Below are positions 15,308-16,842 of a stretch of DNA of 16,842 nucleotides, piece after piece. The first letter of the stretch is position 1; every line of letters starts with the position of its first letter. The notes under the pieces were generated by a model. The model saw only the letters and a list, made by a program, of their open reading frames with translations, had not been told where the DNA came from and made no database searches. The DNA lies in NCBI GenBank assembly GCA_963422205.2, contig OY728593.2:1-16842 (forward strand). Direction: 5' to 3'. This DNA comes from Gammaproteobacteria bacterium. Lineage in GTDB: Bacteria; Pseudomonadota; Gammaproteobacteria; Eutrophobiales; Eutrophobiaceae. The translations under genes and the position numbers were made by a program.

Positions 15308-16115
15308 ATGCAGCACGGGGTGTTTTTTATCACGGGCAAGCTGGGGCAGGGAAGGGCCTGGTCTCGGTCAGCCATATGGTGGAGAAATACATCCAGCGAG
15401 GCCGACGGGTGGCCACCAACTTCAACCTGTTCTTCGAACACTACCCTAACCCCCCACCGGCGGGAGCTGCACGTCATCCGCCTGCCCGATAAACCCACAG
15501 CGGAGCACCTGAGCGCTATCGGCACAGCCTATGCGGGCGACTATGATGAGAGTCAGAACGGCCTCATCCTGCTGGATGAATGTGCCAGTTGGTTTAACTC
15601 CCGGCAATGGAACGACAAGGGCCGCCAGGCCTTGATTGAATGGCTCATCCATGCCCGAAAGCTGGGCTGGGATCTGTACTTCAACGTCCAGTCCTTCGAG
15701 GTGGTGGACAGTCAGGCCAGGCAACTCATCGGTGAGCACGTGGTCAACTGCTATGCCGGCAAGAAACTGCCCATCATCCGTCTGTTGCCGTTCAAATTCC
15801 ACCTCGGTACGGTCTACTACATGCTCGATGGCGCAAGCAGAAAGTCGATACCTGGCTCTACAAGGCCGACCGCTACTACAAGCTCTATGATACCCGGCAG
15901 ATATTCAGTCCGTTCTATGCCCATGGCATCTACAGCTACCTATCGCCCTGGCACTTAAAAGGCGTTACCTCAAGCGCCGGACATGGAAGGATGTTGTCAA
16001 CTTTGGCCTTCGCCTGTTGCTTTATGCCATCCTGCTCATCTTTGCCATCTGCCAGCGCAAACCGGTGATGACCCTGGCCTATGAATACGGCATGACCTGC
16101 CAGCGGCCAGGATAA
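15308..16115 (+). pseudogene. zot: Zot/pI gene, third copy, with four 1-nt indels (possibly errors)
   Basis: Missing G at about 15345, extra C at about 15452, missing G at about 15833 and missing C at about 15963; length 808 vs 810 nt. Confidence 0.8.
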
Positions 16116-16730
16116 CACTCCCCACGAATTTACCCCATACTACCCCTTGCCCAGCCTCAAAAAACGCCTTAAATCGAAAATACGGCGGTCGGATGTGACA
16201 GATTGACAGCGAAATGGGGGGTTTTGGCTATTATGGGTAGCGCTGGCTCATCGCTGAAAGCCCGCACGGACAAGGCATCCCGAGTAATGGCCATCCGCCG
16301 ATCGCCAGCTAACCACCCCCGCCTTCGCCTGTTTCAGGTGAGCATTGTCTAGCGAGCCTAAAACAGGCAGGGCATGGTGCACCGCAGGGATGAGATCAGA
16401 AAGCGATGCAATCGGCATTGACAAGCACCCGCTGGTGCAGAGAAAGCCGATACGTGCATTATCCTGATGACAGCAGCCAGGACGTTCCGGTTGCCACGAA
16501 CACACAAAAAGACAATACAAAAAAAACCCCCAGGGCTGTGGGTATGTGGATAAAACGTCGTGTGTTTTATCCAGCATATCCACAGCAGACCAACCGGTGG
16601 GTATGTGGGTAACTGCGTCTTTTGCAGTTATCCACCATATCCACGGGAAGAGATAACCGCCAGGCGGCGGGGGTTAATTCCCGAAGCGCAAGCGTTTCTA
16701 TGAGGGAATTAACCCCCGCCAACGGCCACC

Positions 16731-16842
16731 TTAGCGTGCGTTGCAGGCCGCATTGCGCCGCTCGGCCAGGGCCACGCTCTCTATCGTGCAGGGATTGACT
16801 TTGTGCCGCTCGGTAACCTAAGCCCATGAGACTGCGGTGGCG
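16731..16842 (-). CDS. 3' end of DUF4124-like gene (third copy, partial, extra C at about 16772)
   Basis: Matches 1470 onward at offset 15261. Confidence 0.65.

Larger units (their letters stand above)
1..16842 (+). mobile_element. Tandem array of a filamentous (Inoviridae-like) prophage, about 2.2 genome units
   Basis: The gene order rep - ssb - minor coats - major coat - pIII - pVI - Zot/pI is repeated. Identical ORFs recur at +7624 (45 vs 7669) and +7639 (3133 vs 10772). No host genes are present. Confidence 0.96.
9827..16842 (+). repeat. Phage unit B (about 7639 bp, truncated by the window end) carrying regulatory cassette B
   Basis: Same sequence as unit A except 10463-10770 and small indels after 14160. 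Confidence 0.85.

Noticed and set aside
14741-15958. 405-aa apparent pVI-Zot fusion ORF
   Set aside because: It is produced by the indels in this copy; unit A has separate intact genes.
1-16842. Pure assembly concatemer of one circular genome
   Set aside because: The two units carry different cassettes, so simple over-circularisation does not explain the data. A chimera of two co-occurring variants cannot be excluded without reads.

Overview
The whole window is a head-to-tail tandem array of a filamentous phage (Inoviridae-type) genome, about 2.2 units long, with no host DNA visible. The repeat period is 7624 bp up to position 2838 and 7639 bp afterwards. Each unit carries a CTXphi-style pair of inverted dif-like (XerC/D) sites, a gpII/CRI-type rolling-circle Rep, a probable ssDNA-binding protein, minor and major coat genes, a very Cys-rich pIII, pVI, a Zot/pI assembly ATPase and a DUF4124-like accessory gene. 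There is no integrase and no pIV secretin. By eye the copies are identical except for one AT-rich block (2839-3131 vs 10463-10770) that is swapped start codon to start codon between two divergent genes. Each version encodes a different but homologous small ribbon-helix-helix-like protein with its own promoter and repeat set, which suggests two heteroimmune versions of the same phage side by side. Eight small indels after 14160 look like sequencing or assembly errors. All comparisons were done by eye, without alignments or database searches.
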